A program made the position numbers and the translations under genes. This document shows, piece by piece, positions 61,732-64,000 of a stretch of DNA of 64,000 nucleotides. Every line of letters begins with the position of its first letter. Within the stretch, counting starts at the first letter, position 1. The DNA comes from Malacoraja senta (taxonomy: Eukaryota), in assembly GCA_038087875.1 (NCBI GenBank), contig CM075987.1, forward strand, positions 24,616,001 through 24,680,000, given 5' to 3'. Below the pieces are notes generated by a model. It did not search any database and had not been told where the DNA came from. It was given only the letters and a program-made list of their open reading frames with translations.

Positions 61732-62072
61732 TCATAAGTGATAGGAGCAGAATTAGGCCATTCGGCCCATCATGTCTGCTCCGCCATTCAATCATGGCTG
61801 ATCTATCTCCCCCTCTCAACCCCAATCTCTTGCTTTCTCCCCATAAGCCCTGATCAAGAATCTATCTAACTCTGCCTTAAAAACATCCATCGACTTGGCC
61901 TCCACAGCCTTCTGTGGCCACAAATTCCACAGATTCACCACCCTCTGACTAAAGAAATTCCTCCTCACCTCCTTCCTAAAGCAACATCCTTTAATTCTGA
62001 GGCTATGACCTCTAGTCCTAGACTCTCCCACTAGTGGAAACATCCTCTCCACATCCACTCTATCCAGGCCTG
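61732..62072 (-). mobile_element. CR1 LINE 3' fragment
   Basis: DVERMFPLVGESRTRGHSLRIKG..FFSQRVVNLWN. Confidence 0.88.
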
Positions 62073-62112
62073 TGACTTTGACGATCAGTTATTGGGATTT
62101 TTTTCCACCTTC

Positions 62113-62419
62113 AGTTTCGTTTAGTTTACAGATACAGCGCGGAAACAGGCCCATCGGCCCACAGAGTCCGCGCTGACCAGCGATCCCGCACATTAACACA
62201 ATCCTAAACACACTAGGGACAATTCTACATTTATACCATGCCAATGAACCTACAAACCTGTACGTCCTTGGAGTGTGGGAGGAAACCGGAAAAACCCACG
62301 CAGATCACGGGGAGAACGTACAAACTCTGTACAGACAGCACCCGTAGTCGGATGCAACCCGGGTCTCCGGCGCTTCAAGCGGTGTAAGGCAGCAACTCTA
62401 CCGCTGCGCCACCATGCCG
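62113..62419 (-). mobile_element. V-SINE (HE1-like)
   Basis: Family sequence. Confidence 0.88.
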
Positions 62420-62596
62420 TCCAAAACTCCACCTTCTGGCCTGCTCAACATTACAATGGTAGGTCTAGGGTCTCAACTGTCCAAGGGTCGAGGTGTTATT
62501 CCACGTAGTTTCATAATGGCGTTCTGCAATATACTGGAGTATTTATGACACATTGCTGACATTTGAACTGTACATATGGTTAACATGGCCCGCTGC

Positions 62597-62903
62597 ACAG
62601 CGGTGGCACAACGGTAGAGTTGCTGCCTTACAGCACCAGAGACCCGGGTTTGATCTCGTCTACGGGTACTGTCTGTACGGAGTTTGTACGTTCTCCCCGT
62701 GACCGCGTGGGTTTACTCCGAGATCTTTGGTTTCCTCCCACACTCCGAAGACGTACAGGTTTGTAGGTTAATTGGCTTGGTGTAATTGTAAATTTTACCC
62801 CTAGTGTGTGTAGAATAATGTTAGTGTGCAGGGATCGCTGGTCGGCGCGGACTCGGTGGGCTGAAGGGCCTGTTTCCCTGCTGAATCTCTAAACTAAACT
62901 AAA
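62597..62903 (+). mobile_element. V-SINE (HE1-like)
   Basis: Family sequence. Confidence 0.9.
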
Positions 62904-63717
62904 GTGGAAAATAAGGTTGCACAACCAGAAATAATATCAGCTGTATGTCTCAAAAAGTGTTTTCATGATCCATGTACAAAATCTCATCAATTGCATAGCT
63001 TACTTAGCCCTGCCTGTTCTGAACCGTCAATGCAAAAATGACACCAAAGTACTGTGCAGTGGGATAAATGGGCCAGTTCAGTAAAAGCGTGCCTTTTATC
63101 TCGCTAAGAAAGGTTTAAGTATGATACGTATATCCTGACTGAAACCATTGGAGTGAAGGAAAGTGTGGGTGAGTGGCCAAATTCTATTAAAAAAAAGGCA
63201 TTCCCTATTATAAAGGGATTATACTCTAGAATAGAATAATTACCTTTAGTAAACTCACTCTACAATTTTGCAAAACACGGCTAATGATACTGAAAGCGAT
63301 TTTACTTTACAAAATCATCTACTTTTATCTTCATTGCCCAGGCAGTTAGTGGGCTTTCCTGAAGATTTTCCCCTGGCAATCTTTAGCTTTACGCACTCCC
63401 ACAGCTGGATTATCACTGTTTTCAATAGGTTTGAAACACTGAGGTTAACATGCATTTTAACAGAGCCATTAACGGAGCAAAAATCCAATCCCAAGGTATT
63501 TTGCAGGAGCAATAATATGTACGGAGTTGTCAGGACAGCTGATGTAAGGCTTGGCCAACGGTGTTTTGTTTTTAGTGGATGCTTTAGTTTAGTTTTAAAG
63601 ATACAGCATGAAAAGGGGTTCTTCGGCCCGTCGAGTCCATTCCGACCATCAATCACCCGTTCTATCTGAACCCCCACGTTCTCATCAGCTCTCTACACGC
63701 TGGGGGCAATGAAATTG

Positions 63718-64000
63718 GGCGGTCACGGTGGTGCAGCGGTAGAGTTGCTGCCTTACAGCGGCGGAGACCCGGGTTCGATCCCGGCTACGGGTGCTGTCTG
63801 TATGGAGTTTGTACGTTCTACTACCCGTGACCTCCGTGGGTTTTCTCTGGGATCATCAGTTTTCTCCCGCACTACACAAACGTAGTTTGTTGGTTAATTG
63901 GCTTGGTAAATGTTTTTTAAAAAATTGTCCTTAGTGGTTGTAGGATAGTGTTAATGTGCGGGGATCGCTGTTCGGTGCGGACTCAGTGGGCCGAAGGGCC
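63718..64000 (+). mobile_element. V-SINE (HE1-like), runs off the window end
   Basis: Family sequence. Confidence 0.88.

Overview
This window is repeat-saturated, intronic or intergenic vertebrate DNA. Its repeat content (HE1-like tRNA-derived V-SINEs whose tails match CR1 LINE tails) points to a cartilaginous fish, probably a skate or ray; that assignment is inference. I could not support any host protein-coding exon. Every ORF I could recognise derives from a transposable element. Main contents: (1) a full-length but frameshifted DIRS1-type tyrosine-recombinase retrotransposon (1624-6360) with intact split ITRs and internal complementary region; (2) a full-length Passport-like Tc1 (IR/DR, DD34E) transposon (54748-56352) with one premature stop; (3) many CR1 LINE fragments, including a young 734-codon open ORF2 fragment; (4) about 20 V-SINE copies; (5) at least 8 PIF/Harbinger-type MITEs sharing one TIR around different interiors; (6) over 30 short Penelope-derived, often palindromic elements carrying a minimal hammerhead-ribozyme core, plus a 7-unit tandem array of degenerate cores; (7) Rex1/Babar and RTE-derived pieces. 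The most unusual object is a 137-bp TSD-flanked retroelement (46601-46738, minus strand) whose 5' end folds by eye into a minimal HDV/CPEB3-like ribozyme. Boundaries of degraded repeats are approximate, and no database search or folding program was run.
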